In this document: one piece after another, positions 25,201-38,253 of the stretch
How positions within the stretch are numbered: position 1 is the first letter of the stretch
How the letters are laid out: each line of letters opens with the position of its first letter
Assembly: GCA_964016885.1 (NCBI GenBank)
Contig: CAXHJY010001714.1
Location: 62,001-126,000 of the forward strand
Source of the DNA: Eledone cirrhosa
Lineage: Eukaryota
Direction of reading: 5' to 3'
Length of the DNA: 64,000 nucleotides
Program-made: the position numbers and the translations under genes
The notes under the pieces: model-generated
Database searches by the model: none
Told to the model about the DNA's origin: nothing
What the model saw: only the letters and a program-made list of their open reading frames with translations

Positions 25201-28200
25201 ACTAAAGTCTTGTGACACAACTGGAGATTATTGGTGACACACTAAAGTGTTGTGACACATCTAGAGATTATTGGTGACATACTAAAGAGTTGTGATATAC
25301 CGGGAGATGATTGGTGACATACTAGAGTGTTGTGACACACCTAAAGATTATTGGTGACACACTAAAGTATTGTGACACATCTAGAGATTATTGGTGACAT
25401 ACTAAAGTGTTGTGATACACCCGGAGATGATTGGAGACATACTAAAGTGTTGTAGACACCTAGAGATTATTGGTGACATTCTACAGTGTTGTGACACAAC
25501 TAAAGAGTATGGGTGACATACTAAAATGTTGTGACGCACCTAGAGATTATTGGGACATAGTAAAGGTTTGTGACACACTTGGAGATTATTGGAGACATAC
25601 TAGAGTGTTGTGACACACCTAGAGAATATTAGTGACATACTAAAGTGTTGTGACATACCTAGAGATTATTGGTGACATACTAATGTGTTGTGACACAGCT
25701 GGAGATTATTGGTGACATACTAAAGTGTTGTGACATACCTAGAGATTATTGGTGACATACTAAAGTGCTGTGACATACCTAGAGATTATTGGTGACATAC
25801 TAGAGTGCTGTGACACATTTAGAGATTATTGGTAACATACTTCAGTGTTGTGACACACCTAGAGATTTTTGGTGACATTAGTGACATTGTAAAGTGTTGT
25901 GACACACATAGATATTATTGGTGACACACTAGAGTGTTCTGACACACGTAGAGATAAATCGTGACACACTTGGAGATTATTGGAGACAGACTAGAGTGTT
26001 GTGACACACCTAGAGATTATTAGTGACATACTAAAGTGTTGTGACATACCTAGAGATTATTGGTGACTTACTAGAGTGTTGTGAGGCACCTAGAGATTAT
26101 TGGTGACACACTAGAGTGTTGTGACACATCTAGAGATTATTGGTGACATACTACAATGTTGTGACACACCTAGAGATTATTGGTGACATACTAAAGTGTT
26201 GTGACACACCTGGAGATTATCGGTGACATACTACAGTGTTGTGACACACCTAAAGATTATTAGTGACATTGCAAAATGTTGTGACACACATAGAGATTAT
26301 TGGTGACACACTAGAGTGTTGTGACACACCTAGAGATAAATGGTGACTTACTAGAGTGTTGTGACACACCTGAAGATTATTAGTGACACACTAAAGTGTT
26401 GTGACACATCTAGAGATAATTGGTGACATACTAAAGAGTTGTGATACACCCGGATATGATTGGTGACATACTAAAGTGTTGTGAGGCACCTAGAGATTAT
26501 TGGTGACACACTAAAGTGTTGTGACATACCTAGAGAATATTGCTGATATACTACAGTGTTGTGACATATCTAGAGATTATTGGGGACATACTAAAGTGTT
26601 GTCACATACCTAGAGAATATTGCTGATATACTGCAGTGTTGTGATACCTAGAGATCATTGGCGACATGCTAAAGTGTTGTGACACATCTAGAGATTATTG
26701 GTGACATACTATAGTGTTATGATTATTGGTGACATACTATAGTGTTATGAGGCATCTAGAGATTATTGGTGACATACTATAGTGTTATGAAAGTTGCATA
26801 CTACAAAGTTGTGTCACACCTGGAGATTATTTGTGACATACTAGAGTGTTGTGACACACCTGGAGATTATTGGTGGCACACAACAGTGTTGTGATACCTA
26901 GAGATCATTGGCGACATGCTAAAGTGTTGTGACACACCTAGAGATTATTGCTGACATAGTAAAGTTTAGTGACACATCTAGAGATTATTGGTGACATACT
27001 AGAGTGTTGTGATACACCTGGAGATTATTGGTGACATACTGTGTTGTGACACACCTGGAGATTATTGGAGAAATACTAGAGTGTTCTGACATACCTAGAG
27101 ATTATTAGTGACATACTAAAATGTTGTGACACGTCTAGAGATTATTGGTTACATACTACATTGTTGTGACACAACTACATATTATTGGTGACATACTAAA
27201 GTGCTGTGACACATCTAGAGATTATTGGAGACATACTAGAGTGTTGTGACACAACTAGATATTATTGGTGACATACTAGAGTGTTGTGACACACCTAGAG
27301 ATTATTGGTGACATACTAAATTGTTATGACACACCTAGAGATTATTGGTGACACACTAGAGTGTTGTGATACACCTGGTGATTATTGGTGACAGACTAAA
27401 GTGTTGTGACACACCTGGAGATTATTGGTGACATACTACCGTGTTGTCACACACCTGGAGATTATTTGTAACATACTACACTGTTGTGACACACCTAGAG
27501 ATTATTGGTGACATACTACAATGTTGTGATACACCTGGAGATTATTGGTGACACACTAAAGTGTTGTGATATACCTAGAGATTATTGGTGACTTACTAAA
27601 GTGTTGTGACGCACCTAGAGATAAATGGTGACTTACTAGAGTGTTGTGACACAGCTGATGATTATTGGTGACACACTAAAGTGTTGTGACACATCTAGAG
27701 ATTATTGATGACATACTAAAGTGTTGTGATACACCCGGAGATGATTGGTGACATTCTAAAGTGTTGTGAGGCACCTAGAGATTATTGGTGACTTACTACA
27801 GTGATGTGACACAACTAACGATTATTGATGACATACTAGAGTGTTGTGCCACACCTACAGATTATTGGCGACATACTAAAGTGTTGTGATACACCTGGAG
27901 ATTATTGGTGACACACTACAGTATTGTGATACACCTGGAGATTATTGTTTACACACTAAAGTGTTGTGATACACGTGGAGATTATTGGTGACATACTGTG
28001 TTGTGAAACACCTGGAGATTATTGGAGATATACTAGAGTGTTGTGACATACCTAGCGATTATCGGTGACATACTAAAGTGTTGTGACACATCTAGAAATT
28101 ATTGGTGACGTACTAGAATGTTGTGACACAACTAGATATTATTGGTGACATACTAAAGTGTTGTGACACATCTCGAGATTATTGGTGACATACTACAGTG

Positions 28201-30250
28201 TTGTGACACAACTAGATATTATTGGTGACATACTAAAGTGTTGTGCCACATCTAGAGATTATTGGTGACACACTACAGTGTTGTGATACACATGGAGATT
28301 ATTGGTGACACACTAGAGTGTTGTGATACACCTAGATATTATTGGTGACATACTACGGTGTTGTGACACACCTAGCGATTATTGGTGACATACTACAGTG
28401 TTGTAACATACCTAGCGATTATTGGTGACATACTAGAGTGTTTTGACACACATAGAGATTATTGGTCACATACTAAAGTGTTATGACACACCTATAGATT
28501 ATTGGTGTCACACTAGAGTGTTGTGATACATCTGTAGATTATTGGTGACTTACTAAAGTTTTGTGACACACCTGGAGATTATTGGTGACATACTACAGTG
28601 TTGTGACACACCTAGAGATTATTGGTTGCATACTAGAGTGTTGGTACACATCTAGAGATTATTGGTGACACTAAAGTGTTGTGACACATCTAGAGATTAT
28701 TGGTGAAACACTAGAGTATTGTGATACACCTGGAGATTATTGGTGCCATACTAAAGTGATGTGACACATCTAGAGATTATTGCTGACATACTACAGTGTT
28801 GTGACACACCTGGAGATTATTGGTGACATACTAACGTGTTGTGACACACCTAGAGATTATTGGTGACATTGTAACGTTTTGTGACACAACTAGAGATTGC
28901 TGGTCATATACTAGAATGTGATACACCTGGAGATTATCGGTGACATATGTGTTGTGACACAACTGGATATTATTGGAGACATACTAGAGTGTTGTGACAC
29001 ACCTAAAGATTATTAGTGACATACTAAAGTATTGTGACACATCTAGAGATTATTGATGACATACTACAGTGTTGTGACACAACTAGATATTATTGGTGAC
29101 ATACTAAAGTGTTGTGACACATCTAGAGATTATTGGTGATACACTACAGTGTTGTTACACAACTAGAGATTATTGGTGCCATACTAAAGAGTTGTGACAC
29201 ATCTAGAGATTATTGGTGACATACTACAGTGTTGTGATAGACCTGGAGATTATTGGTGACATACTATCGTGTTGTGACACACCTAGAGATTATTGGTGAC
29301 ATTGTAATGTGTTGTGACACAACTAGAGATTATTGGTCATATACTAGAATGTTGTGATACACCTGGAGATTATTGATGACATACTAAAGTGTTGTGACAC
29401 ACCTAGAGATTATTGGTGACATACTACAATGTTGTGACATACCTAGAGATTATTGGTGACATACTAGAGTGTTGTGACACACCTAGAGATTATTGGTGAC
29501 ATACTAAATTGTTCTGACACACCTAGAGATTATTGGAGACACACTAGAGTGTTGTGATACACCTGGAGATTATTGTTGACATACTACAGTGTTGTGACAC
29601 ACCTAGAGATTATTGGTGATATACTAGAGTGTTGTGACACATCTAGAGATTATTGGTGACACACTAGATAGAGTGTTGTGATACACCTAGAGATTATTGG
29701 TGACATACTACAGTGTTTTGACACACCTAGAGATTATTGGTGACATACTAGAATGTTGTGACACAACTAGAGATTATTGGTGACATACTAGAGTGTTGTG
29801 ACACAACTAGAAATTATTGGTCATATACTAGAATGTTGTGACACACCTAGAGATTATTGGTGACACACTACAGTGTTGTGATACACATGGAGATTATTGG
29901 TGACACACTAGAGTGTTGTGATACACCTAGATATTATTGGTGACATACTAGAGTGTTGTGACACATCTAGAGATTATTGGTGACATACTAGAGTGTCATG
30001 ACACACCTAGAGATTATTTGTGACAGACCCAGAGATTATTGGTGACATTGTAAAGTGTCATGGTACACCTAGAGATTATTGGTGACAGACCTAGAGATTA
30101 TTAGAGACTTGCTAAAGTGTCGTGACACACCTAGAGATTATTGGTGACATAGTAAAGTTTCATGACACACCTAGAGATTATTGGTGACACACTAAAGTGT
30201 CGTTACACACCTAGAGATAATTTGGTGATTTACTAAAGTGATGTGACACA
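22255..30250. repeat. 40-bp tandem satellite, ~200 divergent copies
   Basis: Consensus AGATTATTGGTGACATACTAAAGTGTTGTGACACACCTAG, made of two related ~20-bp halves; stops throughout, no unique spacers. Confidence 0.97.
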
Positions 30251-31904
30251 TTGATGTCAATATCTTTGATGTCACTAGAGCCAAGCTCTATCACCCCTTG
30301 ACTTTCCTTAGAACGACATTTGTGGTGTGGAGAGAAGAGACAACTTGCATACATAGGCAACTGTTGGTATTCTAGAAAAAAAAGCCCCAAAACCCAACCT
30401 TATTCAGCCTTAGAGAGGAATATTCCAGATGCAGATTCTTGGTATCCCCACCCATCACCAGACATAAAGTTAGTACGTCTTATTTTATCCATCTGCATTG
30501 AGGGGGTTTGGTAGAATGATTGACCAAAATTAGTGAAGAAGTGTTTTGTGAGACTCTTGGCTGCATTTAGAAAGAAATAGAGCTTTTGCTTCTAGGATGG
30601 CGTGTTGTTATTGTTTAGCCCCAGGTCAGTCAGTCTTGATTAAGCAGACCTATGATGAATTAATGGACAAGTAGTGAGCATTTCACAGATATGCATACCT
30701 TTAAAGTAGTTCTCTGGAAGATTCAGCATGATGCAGTATTTGACCAGGTTAGTCATCTAAATAACAAATATAGTCCATACAATGGGTTTCCACACAGTTT
30801 TTGTCTACTGAATTTCACTTATAAAGCTTAGATCAACTTGAGGCTATATTAAATGACACTTGCCCAAGATGCCATGCAGGTTATTCAATTCATCAAACAA
30901 CTGGAACATTCTTCGGTGGAACTGACAGAGGTCCATTCTATAACCAGCACAGAAAGAACAAAGTGAGGTGAATATTATACTGATTGTAGTCATTGATTGT
31001 TGTTAGTTGAAGATATGAGCAGGGCCTCTGAGAGAAGTAGCTGTTCAGCCAGTACATCAGTCCAAAGGTCAGAGAGCCTGTGAGTGTCTGACACCCTTCC
31101 CACCTCAATAAATCTTCTCAGTCCTTTTGAATTTTCAGAGAAGCCCTCCTCATATCTCTGGGGTCTAAAAACAGTTTTCTTCAGTCTTTTTATGTTTCTC
31201 TTGATATCCTTGGCAATAAAAATTATGACAAAGTGCAACATGGTAGACTTTGATGGGAAAATAATAATCAAGTATGAGTACTTTGGAGACATGTATCCAG
31301 TGTTTGGGATATTCATAAAAAGAAATATTACTACTCAATTTTCTCCTTTCCAATATAAGAGGATAATATATTTAATGGAAAACTATTGCTCTCATTAAAA
31401 ATCACTTGTAAATATAATTTTCCATTAAAACATATTTATATATTTGTGTAAAGCAGAGAAAAAAAAAATGGTCACCAGCTGTGACATGGATGTCAGTCGA
31501 TAATGAGTCACATTTGATCTATTTATATTAATCGTGATTTCCTTCAATTGGTGCTTTCCGATTGATCCACAATTGAGGCCACATTTTCTACTGCCGCTAG
31601 ATATCTTACTAGTCAATATAGAAGGTAAATATGCTGTTGTACAATACATTGTAGCGAGATATGCACAAGCAGACATAAATATTTATGGATTGGCAGAATT
31701 ATTAGAGCAGCAGACAAAATGCTTGGTGACATTTAGTTACAACCCTCTATGTTCTCAGTTCAAATACTGCCAATGACAAATTTGTCTTGCATCCTTCCAG
31801 GGTCAATAAAATAAAGTACCAGTCAAGTACAGGAGTGAGTTGATTTAATAAACTTTTCCTCCTCCCAAATTTCTGGCTTTATGCCTAAATTAGTATATAT
31901 ATAT

Positions 31905-32087
31905 ATATTGTTATACTTGGGGAGGATCATATTGTTATAATATTGCCAGAAATAACAACAGGACACACTCACTGTTTGGTTTGGGTTGGTTTTCGCTTCT
32001 GTATCTTTTATATCTTCACGTGGAGATTTCTGTTATTATTTCTGGCAATATTATAACAATATGACCCTCCCCAAGTATAACAATATT
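31905..32087. repeat. ~55-bp inverted repeat next to (TA)n
   Basis: ATATTGTTATACTTGGGGAGGATCATATTGTTATAATATTGCCAGAAATAA vs TTATTTCTGGCAATATTATAACAATATGACCCTCCCCAAGTATAACAATAT. Confidence 0.75.
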
Positions 32088-32562
32088 TGTTTCGACACAC
32101 GATTTCATATCAAAAACCTTGCAAAACAAAAAAAGTATATATATATACATATATATATTACTCACTCGCATGTGCCATTGACCTGTGTCCCCACACATTC
32201 GGTTTGTTTACTTCGTTTTTTCCTCTCTCTTCACTATATTTTCTTTTCTTTTCCTCATGGCCTTTTGATTGATAAAAGGCCTTGGGCGCACTGCTGATCG
32301 ATTTCGATGTCTTGTTTTAAGCGCCGAAACATCTATGATCGCAATTAACAGCTGATGAAAGGTTTATTCTCTTGTTTACGTCCATATTACCATCTTAGAC
32401 TTTGTTTACAGTAACCACATAGCCTGCTTCATTTCTTGTAATTTTTATATATATATACACACATATATACATATGTATATATATAGTAATAATAATAAAT
32501 TTGAAGACTAAAATCCAAAGAGGGCTCGATAAGGATAAATATATATCAAATATTTTAATAAA

Positions 32563-32691
32563 TATGTATATATATATATGTATATATGTATATATATATG
32601 TATATATATATATATACATATATACATATATACATATATACATATATATATACATATATATATATACATATATATATATACATATATATAC

Positions 32692-32740
<49 letters not shown>

Positions 32741-32765
32741 CATATATATACATATATATATATAC

Positions 32766-32796
<31 letters not shown>

Positions 32797-32874
32797 CATA
32801 ACATATATATATATATATACATATATATACATATATATATATACATATATATATATATACATATATATATATAC

Positions 32875-32972
<98 letters not shown>
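32563..32972. repeat. Compound (TA)n/(TACA)/(GA)n microsatellite
   Basis: Seen directly; it explains the YI-rich spurious ORFs. Confidence 0.95.
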
Positions 32973-32973
<1 letters not shown>

Positions 32974-33008
32974 TGTGAGAAAAACCACAGACCCTCCATC
33001 TCAACTCA

Positions 33009-33046
33009 CCTTTTGAAAAGCAGAAGAACTGCGAAACCGGTAAAGG
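33009..33046 (+). ncRNA. Minimal hammerhead-like fold with a variant core
   Basis: CCTT-TTGAAAA-GCAG-aagaa-CTGC-GAAA-CCGG-TA-AAGG: stems I and II and the palindromic stem III are intact; the core deviates from CUGANGA. Confidence 0.45.
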
Positions 33047-33119
33047 AACCAAATAAATATATATATTTAAAAAAAAAAATAAGACTCCAGTTGCATTTTC
33101 GATTTCATCTCTTTTTCTT

Positions 33120-33206
<87 letters not shown>

Positions 33207-33542
33207 CAAGAAAGAAGAGTGACATGGTTCGCTTTACAATAAGGGCTTTATTCACATTGCTGACAATTGTTTCTTTGATCTGGTAGGTCTAGAGTTCGCT
33301 ATTCGCCTGATTATGCGTCAACCGATCTCCAATACTTTGTTTATAACCAGTCGTTTTCACCAGAGCGTGCGAAATGAAGAAGATACATAAGGCATGGTTT
33401 TTATATAGGTGTGAACAATAATATCAATAATATAGGTGTGAACAATAATATCAATAATAAAATAAAATAACTAGATAGCAAATAGTTAAAATAATACATC
33501 AATATAAGTAAGAAATAGAGTATAATGATGAATCTAGCATGT

Positions 33543-34440
33543 TAAACAAACTGATATGATACAGATGTATGAAATTGACATGTGAAAACTGCTATAGGGT
33601 ACATTAGATATAGTGTTAAGGTGGCGACGAGATAACAGTAACCACTAACATGTACTTGGAGACAGAATTTATGAGGTATCTACTATGCTGTAGGTATTCT
33701 GGCAATAAACCGGAGATTTACTTATTGTTTGACAGATAAACATTTTCGTTTGATTAATTTAGTGATGATGATAGTTTTTATGTGGTGTTAAATGGAGTTG
33801 TAGATTCGTTATTTAAGTGGCCGCCTATACTAAAGGTAGGGATTGTTAGTTCGAATCATGGGGGTTTAGTTTTCACAGCATCAATAACAAATCGTGTAAG
33901 ACAGTAATAACAACAATAATAGAAACAATAAAGGTAATAAAATAGTAAAATATGCATGGTAGATATATAGAACATGATGTATAATATTAGGGATACATTG
34001 AGATGTTCATAATAATAATAAGAATAATAAAAGGAAAGTAAGATTTCAAGGAGTGTAGGAGTAATAAGGGAATGTACTTATTTATACACGATTTGTTATT
34101 GATGCTGTGAAAACTAAACCCCCATGATTCGAACTAACAATCCCTACCTTTAGTATAGGCGGCCACTTAAATAACGAATCTACAACTCCACTTAACACCA
34201 CATAAAAACTATCATCCTCACTAAATTAATAAAACGAAAATGTATATCTGTCAAACAATAAGTAAATCTCTGGTTCATTGCCAGCATACCTACAGCATAG
34301 CAGATACCTCATAAATCCTGTCTCCAAGTAAATTTTAGTGGTTACTGTTATCTCGTCGCCACCTTAACACTATATCTAATGTACACTATAGCAGTTTTCA
34401 CATGTCAATTTCATACATCTGTATCATATCAGTTTGTTTA
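33543..34440. repeat. Long inverted repeat: 356-bp arms, 186-bp spacer
   Basis: 33543-33898 is the reverse complement of 34085-34440 with only scattered mismatches. Confidence 0.92.
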
Positions 34441-34688
34441 CATTATTAAACCTTATTCTTATTTTGTTTCTTGTAAATAATTTTTTTCAAAATATCAATT
34501 CAAAACTTGATCATTTCATTTTTGTGTAAAGCATTATTTTATTTGGGCTTCCAAAATTTTCACTATGAAATTTAATAATTTTAATACTTCTCTGACTAGA
34601 TAATTAGTTTATTAATTTATTGATACATCTTATCCTTTCATTGAGACGCCTACGTATTAGAGACAATTACGTCATAAAGTTGTAAATT

Positions 34689-34756
<68 letters not shown>

Positions 34757-34861
34757 AAATTATAAAAAATGATGTCTTTCCTAAGTTTTCATAGATATAA
34801 ATTCCCTGTTCTTCTGAGTTTTGGCTTGTTCTGGCCGTTAATGCTTCTTGTCTCTTTACTT

Positions 34862-34902
34862 GCCCTGATGAGTCCTTATTAATGGGACGAAACATTGTCG
34901 GC
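34862..34902 (+). ncRNA. Minimal type I hammerhead ribozyme motif
   Basis: GCC-CTGATGA-GTCC-ttattaatg-GGAC-GAA-AC-att-GT-C-GGC: canonical core with a GUC cleavage triplet at 34897-34899. Confidence 0.7.
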
Positions 34903-35049
34903 TAATAGAGACTTTTAATGTATTGAAGGCTTCTTTGTTTATTTTTTATAATTTTTCGGCTCTGTTGGATTACATTGAGCTATATCTTATACTGTCATTT
35001 CTCTAATACGACGAGTGTGTTTAACTCTAACGCACTCAAGTATTTTAAT

Positions 35050-35179
<130 letters not shown>

Positions 35180-36121
35180 CAGTGGCAGACTGGGTGTAAA
35201 AAAATTATTGGTTGCCAGGAGACGAAGGGGACCCACTACATATAGAATGTTATCATTTAATTTTTATAATGAACTAGCATTAAAGCCCGTCGTTGCTCGG
35301 GGTCATTAAGTTACCAAAGTTAGGTTGCACCACCCATTTTATGGCAGCACTTTTTTGTCTGCCAGGCACTGGGTGAATGAATTGCAGACCTGGAAGCATG
35401 AGCTGCGCCAGCAGTGACAATTGTAGTTTCGCCTATGGATATTATCTCTGTGCAAAAAAGTGTTGAAATTTATTGTTTCACAGTACTTGCGCAACACGCG
35501 CGTAGACGATGCCAGCCGAACAACAGAGCTGCGATGGAGTTGTTCTGCATGGTTGTCTGCGTGTTTTCTAAATTTAAGACAGTAGGGAGAGTTGTGATAT
35601 GAGGGAGAGTTAGCTGTTGTTTCTAGCAGGTTTAGTGACCTCATAGAGGATATGTGTTTTCTAAATTTTTAGCAGTATTAGTTATAGATGTTATCGAGAT
35701 ACGAGTGACATAATAATGATTTCAACAGCAGAAATTAGAGAGGAAATATACGTTTTATTTTTGATGTAGCACAAACAATGGTGTGGTACAGAGGCTGGTT
35801 TCTTGCGTGTGATCAGTCGGCTTTCCAGTGGCTGTCTGTCTTTTCTTTCTCGCGTTCTCAACCGGCGTTGTTCTATCAAGGGGCGTGAGGCGTCTTACTA
35901 CAGTACCTCGAGCCAGATTTTCAAATTATCGAAAATCGATGTCATTACTCACATGTGGAGTAAGATGGCGAACAATGCAACAAGGGGGAGCTATTCGCTC
36001 TAACAAAAATTGAATCCAGAATAAGGATTTGAAAAATGTTTAAAAAAACAAACAACATGCATGCATAAAAAAAACAAGGCAAAGAAAAAACAGAAACACA
36101 GAGGCAAAAAAAAAGGTGCAG

Positions 36122-37432
36122 CTAACATAGTCTAAATATAGACGGTGCTGCAAAATTTTTTGGGCCAGTGGTCGTGGTCTTGTAACGTGGCGATTGAGGT
36201 GGTGTAGGGACAGGCGATGATGGTGGTTCAGGAACAGGCGTTCGCTCAACAGGTAAATACGAAGGGGTTCGTGGATCAGGAACCACAGCGTCCGTGTCAA
36301 GGTGCGCCTGCTTAAGCCTGTCTATTGTAACTGTCTCCCTGGACCCCTTAATATCTAACGTGAAATGCTTAGCCGAGCGCGCTAAGACACGGTAAGGTCC
36401 AGTGTAAGGCTGTGTGAGCGGGAGCTTCACAGAATCTTTCCTTACAAAGACATGCGTCCACGAGGCAATATCCCTCGGGACAGCAGTCTTGACAGTTTGT
36501 TTCCTAGTGTCCATTGGCGGCAAATCCTGGAAATAGGAGCGCAAACGGGACACGTAGGAAGCGTGATCTTGGGCATCAAGATCGATAGGGGCAAGCATTT
36601 GCCCGGGCAACGTCAGAGGGGCACCGTACAGTACTTCGGCCGGTGAAAATCCAAAGTCGACCTTCACCGTTGACCGAATCCATAGTAGCACAATAGGGAG
36701 GTACTCGCTCCAATGCGCCGAGTCCATTGCGGCCATTAAGGAGGCCTTCAGTTGTCGGTGAAAACGCTCCACCATACCATTCGAAGCGGGATGGTACGCC
36801 GTAGTTCTAATGCGTTTAGCACCAATTAATTTTGACAGCTCGAGGAAAAGGCTCGACTCGAACTGTCGTCCACGGTCGGTAGTTATTGTGGATGGAACTC
36901 CATAACGAGAGATCCATCCAGACACAAGAGCACGTGCTGTTGTCTCCGCGGTGATGTTTTTCAAGGGGATGGCCTCAGGCCATCTCGAAAAACGGTCAAT
37001 GACGGTCAGCAGATAAGAAAAACCATCGCTGACAGGCCAAGGTCCGACTATGTCAATATGAATATGTGAAAAACGCGCATCTGGATTAGCAAAGGTACCC
37101 AGGGGAGCCTTGACGTGTCGATGGACCTTTGATCTCTGGCAAGCGACGCAGGAACGGCACCAAGCAGCAATTTCACGCCTCATATTTGGCCAGAAAAATC
37201 TAGCTGATATGAGCTTTGCTGTGGCAGAAGATCCTGGATGCGAGATACTATGTAATCCCAGAAACACGGTCCGACGATGATTCTCTGGAACGAAGGGCCT
37301 AGGCACGTCCAAAGAGACGTCGCAGAGAATTTGGCCAACTGCAGTCGACAGAGGCAAGTATTTCATCTCGCAATTCGCAAATTTCCGATGTGTGGTGGTT
37401 GGCGTCGGTAAGGCTATGAAGCTGCCACTCAC
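36122..37432 (-). CDS. Ty3/Gypsy integrase (HHCC, D,D-35-E, GPY/F), uninterrupted
   Basis: H-x3-H...C-x2-C; HIDIVGP; TTDRGRQF with E exactly 35 residues later (NGMVERFH); PYTGPY. The ORF-track start is GTG; the first ATG is codon 23 (MKYL). Confidence 0.9.
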   Translation of the reverse strand: MSGSFIALPTPTTTHRKFANCEMKYLPLSTAVGQILCDVSLDVPRPFVPENHRRTVFLGLHSISHPGSSATAKLISARFFWPNMRREIAAWCRSCVACQRSKVHRHVKAPLGTFANPDARFSHIHIDIVGPWPVSDGFSYLLTVIDRFSRWPEAIPLKNITAETTARALVSGWISRYGVPSTITTDRGRQFESSLFLELSKLIGAKRIRTTAYHPASNGMVERFHRQLKASLMAAMDSAHWSEYLPIVLLWIRSTVKVDFGFSPAEVLYGAPLTLPGQMLAPIDLDAQDHASYVSRLRSYFQDLPPMDTRKQTVKTAVPRDIASWTHVFVRKDSVKLPLTQPYTGPYRVLARSAKHFTLDIKGSRETVTIDRLKQAHLDTDAVVPDPRTPSYLPVERTPVPEPPSSPVPTPPQSPRYKTTTTGPKNFAAPSIFRLC

Positions 37433-37655
37433 TATTCCCTGTTTTGGTCAGTGGCTAAACAACGCTGTCGCTGCTGCTGTCGTTGTTGTTGGTAGCCATC
37501 TTGAAATTTTTTCGTGGCGAAAAAGTTTTCGAAATACTGCTAATTTTTCAAAAAATTTTGAAAGGAATATATTTTATTTTCGCAAGCTACGAAAAAGGTT
37601 GGCAACGTGGCAATAAAAGTTCAACTGAATGAAAAAGAAGGGCTGCGTTAAATTC

Positions 37656-37672
37656 TCACGTCGGGGTCACCA
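37656..37672 (-). promoter_or_regulatory. Primer-binding site complementary to the tRNA-Trp 3' end
   Basis: Plus strand TCACGTCGGGGTCACCA equals the 3' end of metazoan tRNA-Trp including CCA; it lies 1 nt from the LTR. Confidence 0.85.
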
Positions 37673-38253
37673 CTTTAGCAGTATTGTAGAATCAGTGGTC
37701 GTTACTTTAACAGGGTAGATGATTGAAGGTCTTTAGTTGCCAGTGTGGTAAGTGATAGTATCCTCGTTGGATTATCTTGTCGACATAGACGTGAGGGAAG
37801 GTCCCTCGATCTATTTACCATCTATTTACAATATTCCCTTCGTCAGGTCGCCAATTCCAGCAGCATGGATTATAGATGTTATTGAGACACGAGTAACATA
37901 ATAATGATTTCAACAGCAGAAATTAGAGATGAAATGTATGTTTATTTTTGATGTAGTACAAACAATGTTTGTTAACTTATATGGTTGAAGTTACAGATAA
38001 AAAGAGGTTACAAAAGGGAATGTGCCATTGCGCCGTTAAGCCGGTGAGGCTAGGGTGCAAATCTCACCGTTACATTATGCGTGTTGCTGGCTTGAAGTTT
38101 CCGGTACAAGAGAGAGATTCTTCAAATCTTCGCGGGGAATTTCTTCCTCAGGGCGCGTAGGGATACATCCTCTTCTACTGGCGCTGATTGGCTGAACTGA
38201 GCCAAATCACGCACAGAGAATGTATGTGAGCCCGCGGAATGTAGGTCACTATA

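Larger units (their letters stand above)
35668..38253 (-). mobile_element. Short Gypsy-type LTR element carrying only integrase
   Basis: AATT at 35664-35667 and 38254-38257. 5' LTR 37674-38253 (580 bp), 3' LTR-like 35668-35902 (235 bp), tRNA-Trp PBS, integrase ORF. Confidence 0.85.

Noticed and set aside
22255-30250. 40-bp repeat as CRISPR or as a repetitive protein gene
   Set aside because: No spacers; the unit length is not a multiple of 3 and the ORF track has no ORF in the array.
30990-31776. ~100-aa ORFs on both strands
   Set aside because: No recognisable motif or convincing splice signals; probably chance ORFs or a very old TE.
32395-33255. YI/YM-rich ORFs up to 208 aa
   Set aside because: Translations of (TA)n/(TACA)n microsatellite.
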